A stretch of 60,599 nt of DNA, the filler included. It is 9 parts of 9 records of this genome, joined end to end, with 100 filler letters (N's around TTAATTAATTAA, not from the genome) between each part and the next. Parts side by side here need not be neighbours in the genome. Positions count along the whole stretch, not along the records: positions 29,489 to 34,916 come from SRR31156797_32512; positions 35,017 to 42,151 come from SRR31156797_32521; 7 more parts are not named here. One strand, 5' to 3'. This document shows positions 29,489 to 40,400 of this stretch, piece after piece; position 1 is the first letter of the stretch; each line of letters opens with the position of its first letter. Both the position numbers and the translations under genes were made by a program. The notes beneath the pieces were generated by a model. It saw nothing but the letters and a program-made list of their open reading frames with translations, did no database searches and had not been told where the DNA came from.

Positions 29489-31467
29489 CCCCCGCAGCAT
29501 CGTTTGGTGGTAAAAAACGGGTCCGTAACATGGTCCAGATTCCCGGGGCTTATGCCTTCGCCCTGGTCCTTTACCTCCAGCAGCGCCGATCCGGTGATCT
29601 CATCCATGCCGGTGGAAATCCGCAAGGATTGACTTTTTTCCGTCAATGCCTCACACGCATTTTGAACAAGATTGATGATCACCTGCTCGATCTGCTGGAA
29701 ATTGCCTTTGATCCTGGGTTTCCTGCTTGAATAATGCACCTTGAGATCATGGGTGCTGTTTTTTATCTGATTATTCACAAGGGTCAGGGAATGCTTGACC
29801 ACGGAATTGAGATAAACAAGGTTATCCTGGCCGGACGCATCCTGGCGGGAGTAATTTTTCAGGTCGGAAACAATGGATTTTATCCGCTGGGACCCCTTGA
29901 TAATCCCTTCAAACAACCGGGGAATCCGATCCCTGGCCATGGAGTATTTCAATCCCCCGAGTAGAAAGTCGCCCTGGGCCCCATAGGCATCGTCCAGTAT
30001 TTTGGCGGCATCATTCCACACCCGGCTGAGAAGGGGGGCGTTTAAACCGATATATTGATTGGGATTATTGATTTCATGGCCCATGCCCGCAACCAGGATG
30101 CCAAGGGTCACCATTTTTCCCGCCTGCTCCAGCTGCCGGCTGCGGATCTTCTCCTCCGTGATGTCATGGCAGGAGATCAAAATGGTCCCGCCGCCGATAT
30201 TCACCCTTTTCACCGAGACAACAATGAAATGTTCTTTGCCGGACTTATCCCGGACCGTGATTTCACAATTGGTTATCTTCTGTTTTTCATCCAGGGCTGC
30301 TAAGGAAAAAGAGCCTTTTCCCAAAAGCATCTCAATATTATCCATCCACCAGACCTCTTCCCGGGTGAATCCGAAAATATTTTTCACACTGGGGCTGATG
30401 AAAAAGAAATTCCCCTCATCATTGACGATGAATACGGCATCTGAAATCGTGGATAAAATAACCCGGTGCATCTCTTCGGAGGCCTTGAGCTGATCCACCC
30501 CGCTCTTATAGGAACCAAGGTCCTTGAAACTCTGGAGTGTCCCCACCCGTTGTCCCGAATAATCCCTGAGTAATCTGGCGGACACGATATAGGGAATGAT
30601 CTCCCCCTTGTGATTGATGCACCGGGTTTCAAATTCCGCCCTGTCACTCTTGAGCAGCAGCTCCTCTGCCTTACATTTCAATCCCTTTTCACACCCCTTG
30701 CAGGGAAAAAGATCATAACATTTTTGAGGCGCCCTTTTATCAAGCGTCACGCCTGTCAACCTGGTAAAGGCAGAATTTACCTTCAATACGTTCCGGTGGT
30801 TGTCAAAAAGCACCAGGCCGTTATCCGCGGTTTCAAAGGCATGCTGGAGCTCGGTATCCGCAAGTTCCAGTTCCCTTTCCACCATGCGGTGGTTCTCCTG
30901 CTCCTCCTTGAGCGCCATGGTGGACCGGGCAAGGGCTTTTTTCCTCTTGCCCAGAATCAACGCCATCTTCTTAATCAGCTCGATGGAATTTTTTTCTTTT
31001 GATTTGGCCTGGGTCACATCCCGGATGGATGCGGCCACATGCTTTTTCCCGTTTATGATGACCGGTTTTAGATAGACTTCCGTATCGATGATGGCACCGT
31101 CAGCCAATTTGTCCTTCCAGAAAAACCGCTGGGGCTTTCCGGAAAGGGCGGACCGGACTTTTCTTCCGGCCATGTCATGGGATTTCTCGCCATTGGGTTG
31201 GTAAAGGGGGGCAAAATCGGCAGGGGATTTTCCGATGATCCCATCTTTTTGGGTTTTCCATATTTTACAGGCCTGGGAATTACAATCCACAAAGGTTTCA
31301 GTCATGATGAGCGCCCCTTCGGCCGTTGCTTTCAACATGGCCTGGCGCTGTTCCAGCTTCAATTGAAGGGAACGGTTCTTTTCCTTCTCCCGGGTTAACG
31401 CCCGCTTCAACCGGATGTTTTCGGCAAGAATCTTCTCAATATCCAAGTTTTCAGATTGCATTCCCAT
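29489..31467 (-). CDS. Soluble multi-PAS sensor histidine kinase (NtrB-type), 3'-truncated; start uncertain (31461-31527)
   Basis: Three PAS-like segments; H box GMGHEINNP, N box INLVQNA, DQGEGI, DPFFTTK; no TM segment. Confidence 0.9.
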
Positions 31468-31550
31468 ATAAACGTTCCCGCCGGACACGGTGCTGCCCTC
31501 CCCTGCCCATAAAAACATCGGTTTCAATTATTTTCCACCACACCGGAGTG

Positions 31551-32201
31551 TTAAAGGATAAACCCTTGGGGACCGACTTTGATTGTCAATTCCCTGCTTT
31601 TGGCCGGCGCTTCAGCCATGGCCTGTCCTTCGGAATGAACTTTTATGTCAACCTGAACGTCATTGCCACGGGCATTTAGGGTTTCCACCACCACCCGGTC
31701 TCCCAGAAAAAAGGAATCCACATGCCTGATGGCCATCTTTTCAACATCCTGGGCAAACAATCCCATGTAGTAAAAAACACCGGACCCCTGGTTCGAGACA
31801 ATAAAAGGGGCCACAAAATAGATCTGAGACATTGGGTCGGCCAGATCAACGGTAGTGATTTTCATATAGTCCAACATCACAATTCCCCTCTCTTCACCGG
31901 CCGTGTATGCCCCCTTTGCCACCTTCAGGCCCCCCGCATCGGCAAGCCCGGTAAGTTTGCATGTCGAACCTGTTTCCGGTACATTCACCATCAGCTCATT
32001 GGCAGTTTTAATGCTGAAAAGCGTCAGCATCACCTCTGAGTGATATGCCCTCTCCGCCTGTTCAGCTTCATCATACTTCACCACCTCACCATCTTTTTCG
32101 GTCACATAGATATCGTCATTTGTGAAATTAAATCTGATGACGCCTGCAATGGCAATCATTCCAACGAGTCCCAATACTGCAAATGCTATTTTTTTCATCA
32201 T
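31551..32201 (-). CDS. Hypothetical membrane-anchored/periplasmic protein
   Basis: N-terminal TM; beta-rich domain with NQGSGVFYY...FLGDRV motif. Confidence 0.75.
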   Translation of the reverse strand: MMKKIAFAVLGLVGMIAIAGVIRFNFTNDDIYVTEKDGEVVKYDEAEQAERAYHSEVMLTLFSIKTANELMVNVPETGSTCKLTGLADAGGLKVAKGAYTAGEERGIVMLDYMKITTVDLADPMSQIYFVAPFIVSNQGSGVFYYMGLFAQDVEKMAIRHVDSFFLGDRVVVETLNARGNDVQVDIKVHSEGQAMAEAPAKSRELTIKVGPQGFIL

Positions 32202-32450
32202 TCAACCTGACTCAATTAAATATTGTTGTAAAGCAGTCCCACGGTATGGTCCGGCCTTTTAAGTCCGGTTTTTATCCCATCTTGAAACCATTGGTCAAGG
32301 ATTGTATGCGGATATCCATTATCCGGTATGGGTGGAACCTCTTCCTTCCCCGCCCTAGGATGGAATTTTTTTATCTTGGGAAGACTGAAACGATATGAGC
32401 CAAAAGAGATTACGTTAATCTCTCTTTTTCATTTTGCATGGGTGCTTTTT

Positions 32451-32464
32451 ATGTTGCGCAACAT
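32451..32464. promoter_or_regulatory. Perfect 14-bp palindrome in a divergent intergenic region
   Basis: ATGTTGCGCAACAT is self-complementary. Confidence 0.45.
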
Positions 32465-32595
32465 CTTATTTTGTGATTTGTTTCATCGAATGAGATTCAC
32501 AAGAACAAAGGCACACCAGAAACGAGGCATTTTAACAACAGACAACAAATTGCCCCCCTTAGCCGTTATTTTAATCAAACGAATGGAAACACATA

Positions 32596-33720
32596 TTGAG
32601 AAGCAGGAATAGTATATCAGCAATCATCCCCGTGGCCGGTCTTTCTTCCCGGATGAAGGCGTTTAAACCGCTTTTACCACTGGGGCAGCGATCCATCCTT
32701 GAAACATCCGTAAATCTGTTCAAACAGAATGGTATAGCAGATATTATAGTAATAACAGGCCACAGGTCAGCGGATCTTGAAAACCGCATTACGGCAATGG
32801 ACGCGACCTGTATCCATAACCCCGACTTTCACCAGGGGATGTTTTCAAGTATTTTAACCGGAGTGAGACATTTAAAAAAGGATTGTGAGGCATTTTTTGT
32901 CCTGCCGGCGGATATTCCAGCCCTCAGGCCCCACACAATCCGGAAGATGCTCAGGGCCTACAGGACCGGAAACAAGAAAATCATTTACCCCGTGTTTGAC
33001 GGTCTAAGGGGGCATCCACCGCTCATTTCAACAGAATTCAAGGAAAAGATAGCAACCTTCAGCCAGGGAGGCGGGCTGAGGGCTTGCCTTGGGGCTTTCG
33101 AAAACCATGCCATGGATCTCAAGGTCTGTGACAGAGGGATTCACATGGACGCGGATACCCCGGAAGATTATGAAGCAGTCCGGCAAAAAGCTGAAAACAT
33201 TAATATCCCGGAACCTTGTGAGTGCATCTGCCTGCTTGAGGACAGTTCCCTGGCAGATGAAAACGTCATGAAGCATTGCGTAAAAGTCGCTGAGATCGCG
33301 GTCAAGCTCTGCGCCCAGCTGAATCACAACCCGACCCGGTTTGATATCCATCTCATGGAGGCTGCGGCGCTTCTCCATGACATGGCAAGGAAAGCACCGG
33401 ATCATGCCGCAAAAGGCGCCGGGATTCTGAGGGATATGGGATTTACAGAGGTGGCGGATATTGTTCTGGCGCACATGGACTTAAGGACAACGCCCGACAC
33501 CCCGTTAAATGAGAAAGAGCTCCTCTACTTTGCCGACAAGCTGGTAGTAAAGGATCAGCTTGTCATAAATTTTGAAAAACGGTTCAAAGACAAACAGATG
33601 CGTTATAAAAACGATGCCGGTGCTGTCGAGGCCATCGGCGCAAGACTTGAAACCGCCCGGCTCATCAAGGGAAAGCTGTCAAAACGTTTAGAGAAAGATC
33701 TGGTGGAGGTGCTTCAATAG
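32596..33720 (+). CDS. MocA/MobA-like nucleotidyltransferase fused to an HD domain (DVU_1551-like)
   Basis: VAGLSSRM..FKPLL, GMFSS, LPADIP, RGHPP, DADTPEDY, then HC..V...LLHD...H...H...ADK HD motifs. Confidence 0.85.
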   Translation: MRSRNSISAIIPVAGLSSRMKAFKPLLPLGQRSILETSVNLFKQNGIADIIVITGHRSADLENRITAMDATCIHNPDFHQGMFSSILTGVRHLKKDCEAFFVLPADIPALRPHTIRKMLRAYRTGNKKIIYPVFDGLRGHPPLISTEFKEKIATFSQGGGLRACLGAFENHAMDLKVCDRGIHMDADTPEDYEAVRQKAENINIPEPCECICLLEDSSLADENVMKHCVKVAEIAVKLCAQLNHNPTRFDIHLMEAAALLHDMARKAPDHAAKGAGILRDMGFTEVADIVLAHMDLRTTPDTPLNEKELLYFADKLVVKDQLVINFEKRFKDKQMRYKNDAGAVEAIGARLETARLIKGKLSKRLEKDLVEVLQ

Positions 33721-33723
33721 GAA

Positions 33724-34320
33724 ATGATATATCTACTCAGACACGGTAAAATCACAGGCGCATCCACAAAACGCTTCATCGGACAGACAGATGTGGACCT
33801 GAGCCCCACAGGCCTTGACCAGGCGAAGTTCTGGCAAAGGTATTTTTCAAGGATTCACCTTGACCGGGTTTTCTCAAGCCCCCTCTCAAGGGCAGTTCAC
33901 ACGGCTGAAATCGTATCCGGCCTTGGCCGGGATCAGATTACCCTGGTGGAGGAATTAAAGGAGATCAATCTTGGAAAATGGGATGGAAAAACCTTTGCAG
34001 AGATAAAAGAGAAATTTCCCGGCCAGTGGAAAAAGAGGGGCAATGACCTGGCAGGTTACAGGCCGCCCGGTGGGGAGAGCTTTTCCGACCTGTCCAAACG
34101 AATCCTTCCGCTTTTTAGCGGCATCTCAGCCGCCCCCCCGGACAACATTCTCATTGTCGCCCATGCCGGGATAAACCGGATGATCCTCTGTTCCCTGCTG
34201 AACAAGCCTCTGGAAGATCTATTCACCGTCCCCCAGGCTTACGGGTGTTTGAATATCATTGAAAATGCAGAAAAAGGACTACGGGTTCGAGAGACCAACC
34301 TTATTCCGGAAGCAATCTAA
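33724..34320 (+). CDS. Histidine phosphatase (CobC/phosphoglycerate mutase family)
   Basis: LLRHG, SSPLSRA, EINLGKWDG, PGGES, VAHAG. Confidence 0.9.
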   Translation: MIYLLRHGKITGASTKRFIGQTDVDLSPTGLDQAKFWQRYFSRIHLDRVFSSPLSRAVHTAEIVSGLGRDQITLVEELKEINLGKWDGKTFAEIKEKFPGQWKKRGNDLAGYRPPGGESFSDLSKRILPLFSGISAAPPDNILIVAHAGINRMILCSLLNKPLEDLFTVPQAYGCLNIIENAEKGLRVRETNLIPEAI

Positions 34321-34462
34321 CTTCCCGAAATGAACGGTGCCATGCTTTCCGTGTTGGAATGCCTGGCCCCCTCCCCCCCAGGAATAGAATGCCGAAACGG
34401 GACATGGACGCCGGATTTTTCCATTACCGTTTCTTTGAATATTAAAGAAGGAGCCGGCATAT

Positions 34463-34916
34463 TTAGATTTTAAATCGTCCAACCATCCCATTAAGCATTT
34501 CTGCCATGTTCGATAATTCGGCAGCTGAATTCATTATCTTCCGACCACCGGCGTTGACGTCATCGGCAGATTGGTTGACCGCTGAGATACGATGAGTTAC
34601 CTCCTTGGTAACCTGAGATGTCTGGGTCATTTTCTCGTTAACTTCCTCTACACCGACGGCAACTTGATTCACATTACCGGATATTTCCAGATTGGTTGCA
34701 GACTGTTTTTCAATGGCTTCTGCAACAATCGTTACTATGTTATTTATTTCATTAATTACACCGACGATAGACTCGATGGCCTTTACGGATTCATTCGTTG
34801 TGGATTGCACTCCCGCTATTTTAGAACTGATCTCAGACGTCGCTTCCGCTGTTTGCTGAGCAAGGGCTTTTATTTCTCCTGCGACAACGGCAAACCCCTT
34901 ACCGGCCTCTCCTGCC
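34463..34916 (-). CDS. Methyl-accepting chemotaxis protein, C-terminal signalling domain, 5'-truncated
   Basis: The minus strand at the contig edge reads AGEAGKGFAVVAGEIKALAQQT. Confidence 0.93.
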
Positions 34917-35016
34917 NNNNNNNNNNNNNNNNNNNNNNNNNNNNNNNNNNNNNNNNNNNNTTAATTAATTAANNNNNNNNNNNNNNNNNNNNNNNNNNNN
35001 NNNNNNNNNNNNNNNN
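34917..35016. other. Synthetic contig spacer
   Basis: 44N + TTAATTAATTAA + 44N. Confidence 0.99.
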
Positions 35017-35049
35017 GTACCGTGGGTTCGAATCCCACCCCCTCCGCCA
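35017..35049 (+). tRNA. 3' fragment of tRNA-Ser
   Basis: GTGGG-TTCGAAT-CCCAC T arm, CCCCTCC acceptor strand, G discriminator, encoded CCA. Confidence 0.85.
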
Positions 35050-35252
35050 ATTTCCCGGGTAAGCTTGCTAAAATCAGGTCTCAGGATTCCGTTGCCCGAG
35101 TTTGCCGATATGTGTTTCCGTGGTTTTTGCTGGCGTCGCCGCGCTTGGAATGATGCTGCACGGTTGCCCGATTCGGCCGGTTTGACTGTCATCGGGCCGG
35201 TTTGACATTCCGTTCGGGCCTATCGGCCAACCAAAACAAAGAAAGGCAGACA

Positions 35253-36161
35253 ATGACCGCTTATAACCGCGTTCTCCTCACCGGCGCCAACGGCGTCATC
35301 GGAAAGGTTCTGCGCCCGGCCCTGCGGGGGCTTTATCCGGTGCTGCGGCTGTCGCACCGCCGTCCCTTCGGCGAAGCGGAACCGGGCGAGGAGATCGTGC
35401 TGGCGAACCTCGACAACCCGGACGAGGTGGATGCCATGATGGAAGGCGTCGACGCGGTCATCCACATGGGCGGCAAGGCCGAGGAGGGGACCTGGGACGT
35501 GGTGCTGAAAAGCAACATCCTGGGCGCCTTCAACACCTTCGAGGCGGCGCGCCGCCATAAAGTGAAACGCTTCATCTTCGCCAGCACCAATCATTTGATC
35601 GGTTACTACCGGCGCGACCGCACCCTGACGGTCGATGATCCGCCTCGGCCCGACTGCCGCTACGCCGCGACCAAGGTGTTCGGCGAGGCGTTGGCGCGGC
35701 TGTACGCCGACAAGCACGGCATGAGCGTCATCTGCCAGCGCATCGGCTCGTTCCAGCCGAAGCCGCTGAACGTGCGCATGCTCAGCGGCTGGCTCAGTCC
35801 GCGCGACATGATCCAGTTGACGAAGGTGTGCCTCGATGCGCCGTTGGATACGCACTTCGAGATCGTCTGGGGCGTTTCCGACAACAAGCGCGGCTGGTGG
35901 GACAACACGCCGGCCTTCAAGCTCGGCTACAAGCCCGAAGACAAATCCGAGGACTATGCCGAGGAAATTTTCGAGGCCCAGCGCAAGGCCCGCGAGGAAG
36001 CCAAGAAATCGAAAAGCGGCACCACCGACGTCGCCGACCAGGCCGCCGTGGTTGCCGCCATCAAGTCGGTACAGGCCGAGGAGCCGCCGGCCGAAGGCCT
36101 GTTCCAGGGCGGCCCCTATTGCGCCATGGAATTCGACGGCGATCTCGACAAGATCAAATAA
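35253..36161 (+). CDS. Extended SDR, uronate dehydrogenase-like NAD-dependent oxidoreductase
   Basis: TGANGVIG, FASTNH, YAATKVFGE (YxxxK), RIGS, WLSPRD, WWDN...LGYKPED, FQGG. Confidence 0.82.
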   Translation: MTAYNRVLLTGANGVIGKVLRPALRGLYPVLRLSHRRPFGEAEPGEEIVLANLDNPDEVDAMMEGVDAVIHMGGKAEEGTWDVVLKSNILGAFNTFEAARRHKVKRFIFASTNHLIGYYRRDRTLTVDDPPRPDCRYAATKVFGEALARLYADKHGMSVICQRIGSFQPKPLNVRMLSGWLSPRDMIQLTKVCLDAPLDTHFEIVWGVSDNKRGWWDNTPAFKLGYKPEDKSEDYAEEIFEAQRKAREEAKKSKSGTTDVADQAAVVAAIKSVQAEEPPAEGLFQGGPYCAMEFDGDLDKIK

Positions 36162-36334
36162 AATCCGCCTGCTTGCGCGTCGCCACGGGCTTCGAACATA
36201 GAAGCCCCGAGGCCGCGCGCCTGTCTTCGCTCGGCGCCGGGCGACCTCCCGGCGCCTTGTTGAAGGCGGCGCGAAAAATAAGCATGGAATTCCGGCTCAA
36301 TGAGAGCCTTCGGTATCCAAGGAAAAAAAAGAGC

Positions 36335-36378
36335 TTGAAATTGAACGTCGTTCAATATATGTTTTGAACATAGTTCAA
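36335..36378 (+). promoter_or_regulatory. Sigma70 promoter overlapped by two TTGAAC-N3-GTTCAA operators
   Basis: TTGAAA(36335)-17-TATGTT(36358); palindromes at 36340-36356 and 36364-36378. Confidence 0.7.
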
Positions 36379-36395
36379 TTAATGGCGGAAACCCT

Positions 36396-37343
36396 ATGAA
36401 CCCCATGCGCATCCTTCTTTTTTGCAGCTTGATCATGGTTGCGGTACCGGCCAGCCTGTTGGTGACTGCGCATGAGCGGTCGGTCAACGTTCCCCTGCCG
36501 ACTTTCGGCGGCAAGCAGATTTGGGCGGACGCGTTCTACGACGCCGGGTGGCGCATCCAGGAGAACGTTCTGACCGGGCATCACCGCCTGCTGGATCAAC
36601 GAAACGTACGTCGCGCCTGGGGAACCTATGAACACTGCCATGCCGTCTTCAAGCAACAAGGCGGGCTCGGCCAACCAGAACATCGGGGCCGGCATCTTGT
36701 GCTGCTTGTTCACGGTCTCGGTCGATCGGCGGGGATGTTTGCCGATCTGACGGACGTTCTGCGTGCCGATGGATTCGAGGTGGCTGCCGTCAATTACGCC
36801 AGTACCCGCCAAAGTGTCGACGACCACGCCGGGCACTTGGCCCACCTGATCGCCAATCTGGACGGTGTCGAGCGGGTCTCTTTCGTCACGCACAGTATGG
36901 GCGGCCTGGTCGTGCGGGCGTTGCTGGCGCGGTCCGGTTTGGCCGCCTCCGGCATCCGATTCGAAAACCTGGTCATGATTGCGCCGCCGAACCAGGGGTC
37001 CGCGATTGCCGACGCCCTGAAGGATTTTCCGGCCTATCGCTGGTTGGCGACGGAGGCGGGCCAGGACCTCACTTCCGGTGCGGCTCCGGCCCTTCCTGTC
37101 CCGACGATCGATTTCGGGATCATCGCCGGGGGGCGCGGCGACGGAACCGGGTTCAACCCCCTTCTCGATGGCGATAACGACGGCGTCGTTACGGTCGATG
37201 AAACCAGGTTGGAAGGCGCGCGCGATTTTCTCATCGTCCCCAGCCCCCACGGTCTGGTCGACAATCACCCCGAGACGATCAAAGCGATAAGAGGCTTTCT
37301 CGATTGCGGGCGGTTTTCCTGTGCGCCGTCGAAAGCCCCCTGA
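36396..37343 (+). CDS. Exported alpha/beta hydrolase (lipase/esterase)
   Basis: LVHGLGRS oxyanion motif, THSMGG nucleophile, PPNQGS, NDGVV, C-terminal His. Confidence 0.88.
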   Translation: MNPMRILLFCSLIMVAVPASLLVTAHERSVNVPLPTFGGKQIWADAFYDAGWRIQENVLTGHHRLLDQRNVRRAWGTYEHCHAVFKQQGGLGQPEHRGRHLVLLVHGLGRSAGMFADLTDVLRADGFEVAAVNYASTRQSVDDHAGHLAHLIANLDGVERVSFVTHSMGGLVVRALLARSGLAASGIRFENLVMIAPPNQGSAIADALKDFPAYRWLATEAGQDLTSGAAPALPVPTIDFGIIAGGRGDGTGFNPLLDGDNDGVVTVDETRLEGARDFLIVPSPHGLVDNHPETIKAIRGFLDCGRFSCAPSKAP

Positions 37344-37453
37344 ACGGAGGTATAAACCGTGATCGACAATCGAAACGCGAAACCTTCGATTCCTGTTTCA
37401 GCCCAGGCGGAAAGTGTAGTGTTGGTTGATTTTTGGCTCCATCAGGTCGCGCT

Positions 37454-40400
37454 ATGACGGTAAATCTCTTGCATCTTCTTCGGACCCGGCGGTTTTTGCC
37501 GCTGTTCATCACCCAATTTCTGGGCGCGCTCAACGACAACTTTTTCAAGAACGCGCTGGTCATTCTGGTGCTCTATCGAATCGCCGATCAGGTCGGGGCC
37601 GACGGCCCGATGCTGGTGACCGCCGCGGCCGGTTTGTTTGTCCTGCCGTTCTTCTTTTTTTCGGCGGTTGCCGGGCAACTCGCCGACAAGTTCGAGAAGG
37701 GGGGGCTGATCCGGATCATCAAGACCGGTGAAGTCGTCATCATGGGCTTGGGGGCGTGGGGGCTGTTTCTGGGAGACGTCGCATACCTGATGGCGGTGCT
37801 GTTTCTCATGGGAACCCAATCGGCTTTTTTCGGTCCGGCCAAGTTCTCCATTTTGCCGGCTCATTTGGCCGAAAACGAACTGATCGCCGGCAATGGCCTG
37901 ATCGGCGCGGCGACATTCCTGGCGATTCTGATCGGGACCATTGCGGGCGGTTTGTCGGTGCTGGGTGACGGTGGGATTCCCTTCGTCGCGACCGCTATCG
38001 TTGCCATCGCGGCCATGGGCCTGCTGTCCAGTTTTTTCATTCCCAAAGCCGAGGCGCCGTCGCCCGAGTTGAAAATCAATCTTAATATCGCCAGCGAGGC
38101 ATGGGCGATGATCGGTCGCATCCGGGCATCGCGGACGCTCTTTCTCACCGTCCTCGGCATTTCGTGGTTCTGGCTGGTCGGAGCCGTTTTCCTGGCCGAG
38201 TTCCCGGCCTTCGCCAAGGATATTCTTGGCGCCGACGAGCAGGTCGTCACCCTCTTTCTGACCGTTTTCTCCATCGGTATCGGTGTCGGAGCCATGCTTT
38301 GCAACCGGTTGCTCAAGGGTGAGGTTACGGCAAAATTCGTTCCCTTCGGCGCCCTTGGAATGACCCTGTTCATCCTCGATCTATACGCCGCCAGCCCCGA
38401 GACTCCGCAGGTCGGTGCGGCGCTGATCGGCGTTGCAGCCTTTCTCGACACCGGGGCGTCCTGGCGCATCCTGGCTGACCTGTTCGGCGTCGCGGTGACC
38501 GCCGGCCTTTACATCGTGCCTCTCTACGCAATTTTGCAGGCGCGCAGCGATATCGAAACCCGCTCGCGCATTATCGCCGGCAACAACATCATGAACGCCC
38601 TATTCATGGTTTCCGGGGCATTCGTCGCGACCGGACTGTTGGCTACGGGTTTCTCGGTGCCGGAAATTTTCCTGGTCATGGGCGTCATCAACGGGCTGGT
38701 CGCCATCTATATCTGCGGGTTGTTGCCGGACGCCCTGGTAAAGGCCTTTTTCGCTTCCGTGCTGAAGCTTTGCTATCGGGTCGAAGTGCGCGGCCTTGAG
38801 CATATGAGCCAACTCGGCGACCGGGCCGTCATCGTCGCCAATCATGTTTCGTTTCTGGACGGAATAATACTCGGGGCGTTTTTGCCCCGGAAGCCGACCT
38901 TCGCGATCGACACGATGGTCGCAAAACGCTGGTGGGTGAAGCCGTTCCTGGGTTTGGCGAACGCCTTTGCGGTCGATCCGACCAATCCGATGGCGACCAA
39001 GTCCCTGATCAAGAAGGTCGAGGCGGGAAATCACTGCGTCATCTTCCCCGAGGGCCGGCTGACCATGACCGGCGCTTTGATGAAGGTGCACGAAGGCCCC
39101 GGCATGATCGCCGACAAGGCCGATGCGCCCCTGGTTCCGGTACGTATCGACGGCGCCCAATATACGCCTTTTTCGCGCCTTCGCGGCAAGGTACGGCGGC
39201 GCTGGTTCCCGAGGATCACCGTAACCATTCAACCGCCCCGCAGATTCGAGATCCCTCCCGATATCAAGGGGCGGGCCCGTCGCCGGATGGCCGGTCTCAA
39301 GCTCTACGACGTGATGTCCGAACTGATTTACGAAACCTGCGATCAGGACCGCACCCTGTTCGAGGCGCTGATCGAGGCGCGGGCCATTCATGGCGGCGGC
39401 GCGCCGGTGGTCGAGGATGTCGAACGGCGGCCGCTCAATTACAACAAGCTGATCCTTTCCGCCCTGGTCTTGGGGCGGAAAATCGAGGGTTTCAGCAGGC
39501 CCGGCGAAACGGTGGGATTCCTTCTGCCCAATTCGGTCGGTGCGGTCGCGGCCTTCTTTGCGTGTCAGGCCTATGGCCGGGTGCCGGCATTGCTCAACTT
39601 TTCCGCCGGTGCCGGCAACATGATCTCTGCCGTCGAGACGGCTCGGGTCCGAACCGTGCTGACGTCCCGACGTTTCGTCGAATTGGCCGGCCTGGCCGAG
39701 GTTGTCGCCTCGCTCGAGCAGAAGACGGCGATCGTGTACCTCGAGGATTTGCGCCGCCGCATCAACCTTATCGACAGATTCGCAGGGCTTTTGGCCGCGC
39801 AGGCGCCGGGCTGGTTCCACAGCCGACTGAAATTGCCGTCCGACGCTCCGGCCGTGGTCTTGTTCACATCTGGATCGGAAGGCACGCCCAAGGGCGTCGT
39901 GCTGAGCCACCGAAACCTGCTGGCCAACCGATATCAACTGGCGGCGCGGATCGATTTCAACTCGACCGACACGGTTTTCAACGCGTTGCCGATCTTCCAT
40001 TCGTTCGGCCTGACCGGCGGTATGCTGCTGCCGGTATTGTCGGGCATCAAAACGTTCCTGTATCCGTCGCCGCTGCACTATCGGATCGTTCCGGCACTGG
40101 TCTACGACACGAACGCCACCATCCTGTTCGGAACCGACACCTTCCTTGCCGGCTATGCCCGCTTGGCGCACCCGTATGATTTCTATTCGGTCCGCTACGT
40201 CTTTGCCGGAGCCGAGAGGGTCAAGGACGAAACCCGCCAAGCCTGGTCCGACCTTTTCGGCTTGCGCATTCTCGAGGGCTACGGCGCCACCGAGACCGCA
40301 CCGGTGATTGCGGTCAATACGCCGATGCATTTTAAGGCCGGTTCGGTCGGCCGTTTCCTGCCCGGAATGGAGTACCGCCTGGAATCCGTTCCCGGGATCG

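Noticed and set aside
29160-31527. ORF-track proteins running through N runs (also 40893-42203, 42204-43133, 54751-54969)
   Set aside because: Ends fall inside spacers; these are contig-edge truncations, not pseudogenes or fusions
35017-36161. Genomic island integrated at tRNA-Ser
   Set aside because: No integrase and no duplicated tRNA 3' end in the contig; the tRNA is simply cut by the contig edge
36340-36378. LexA SOS boxes
   Set aside because: Spacing is GAAC-N3-GTTC, not the Firmicute GAAC-N4-GTTC or the alphaproteobacterial GTTC-N7-GTTC, and the downstream genes are not SOS genes
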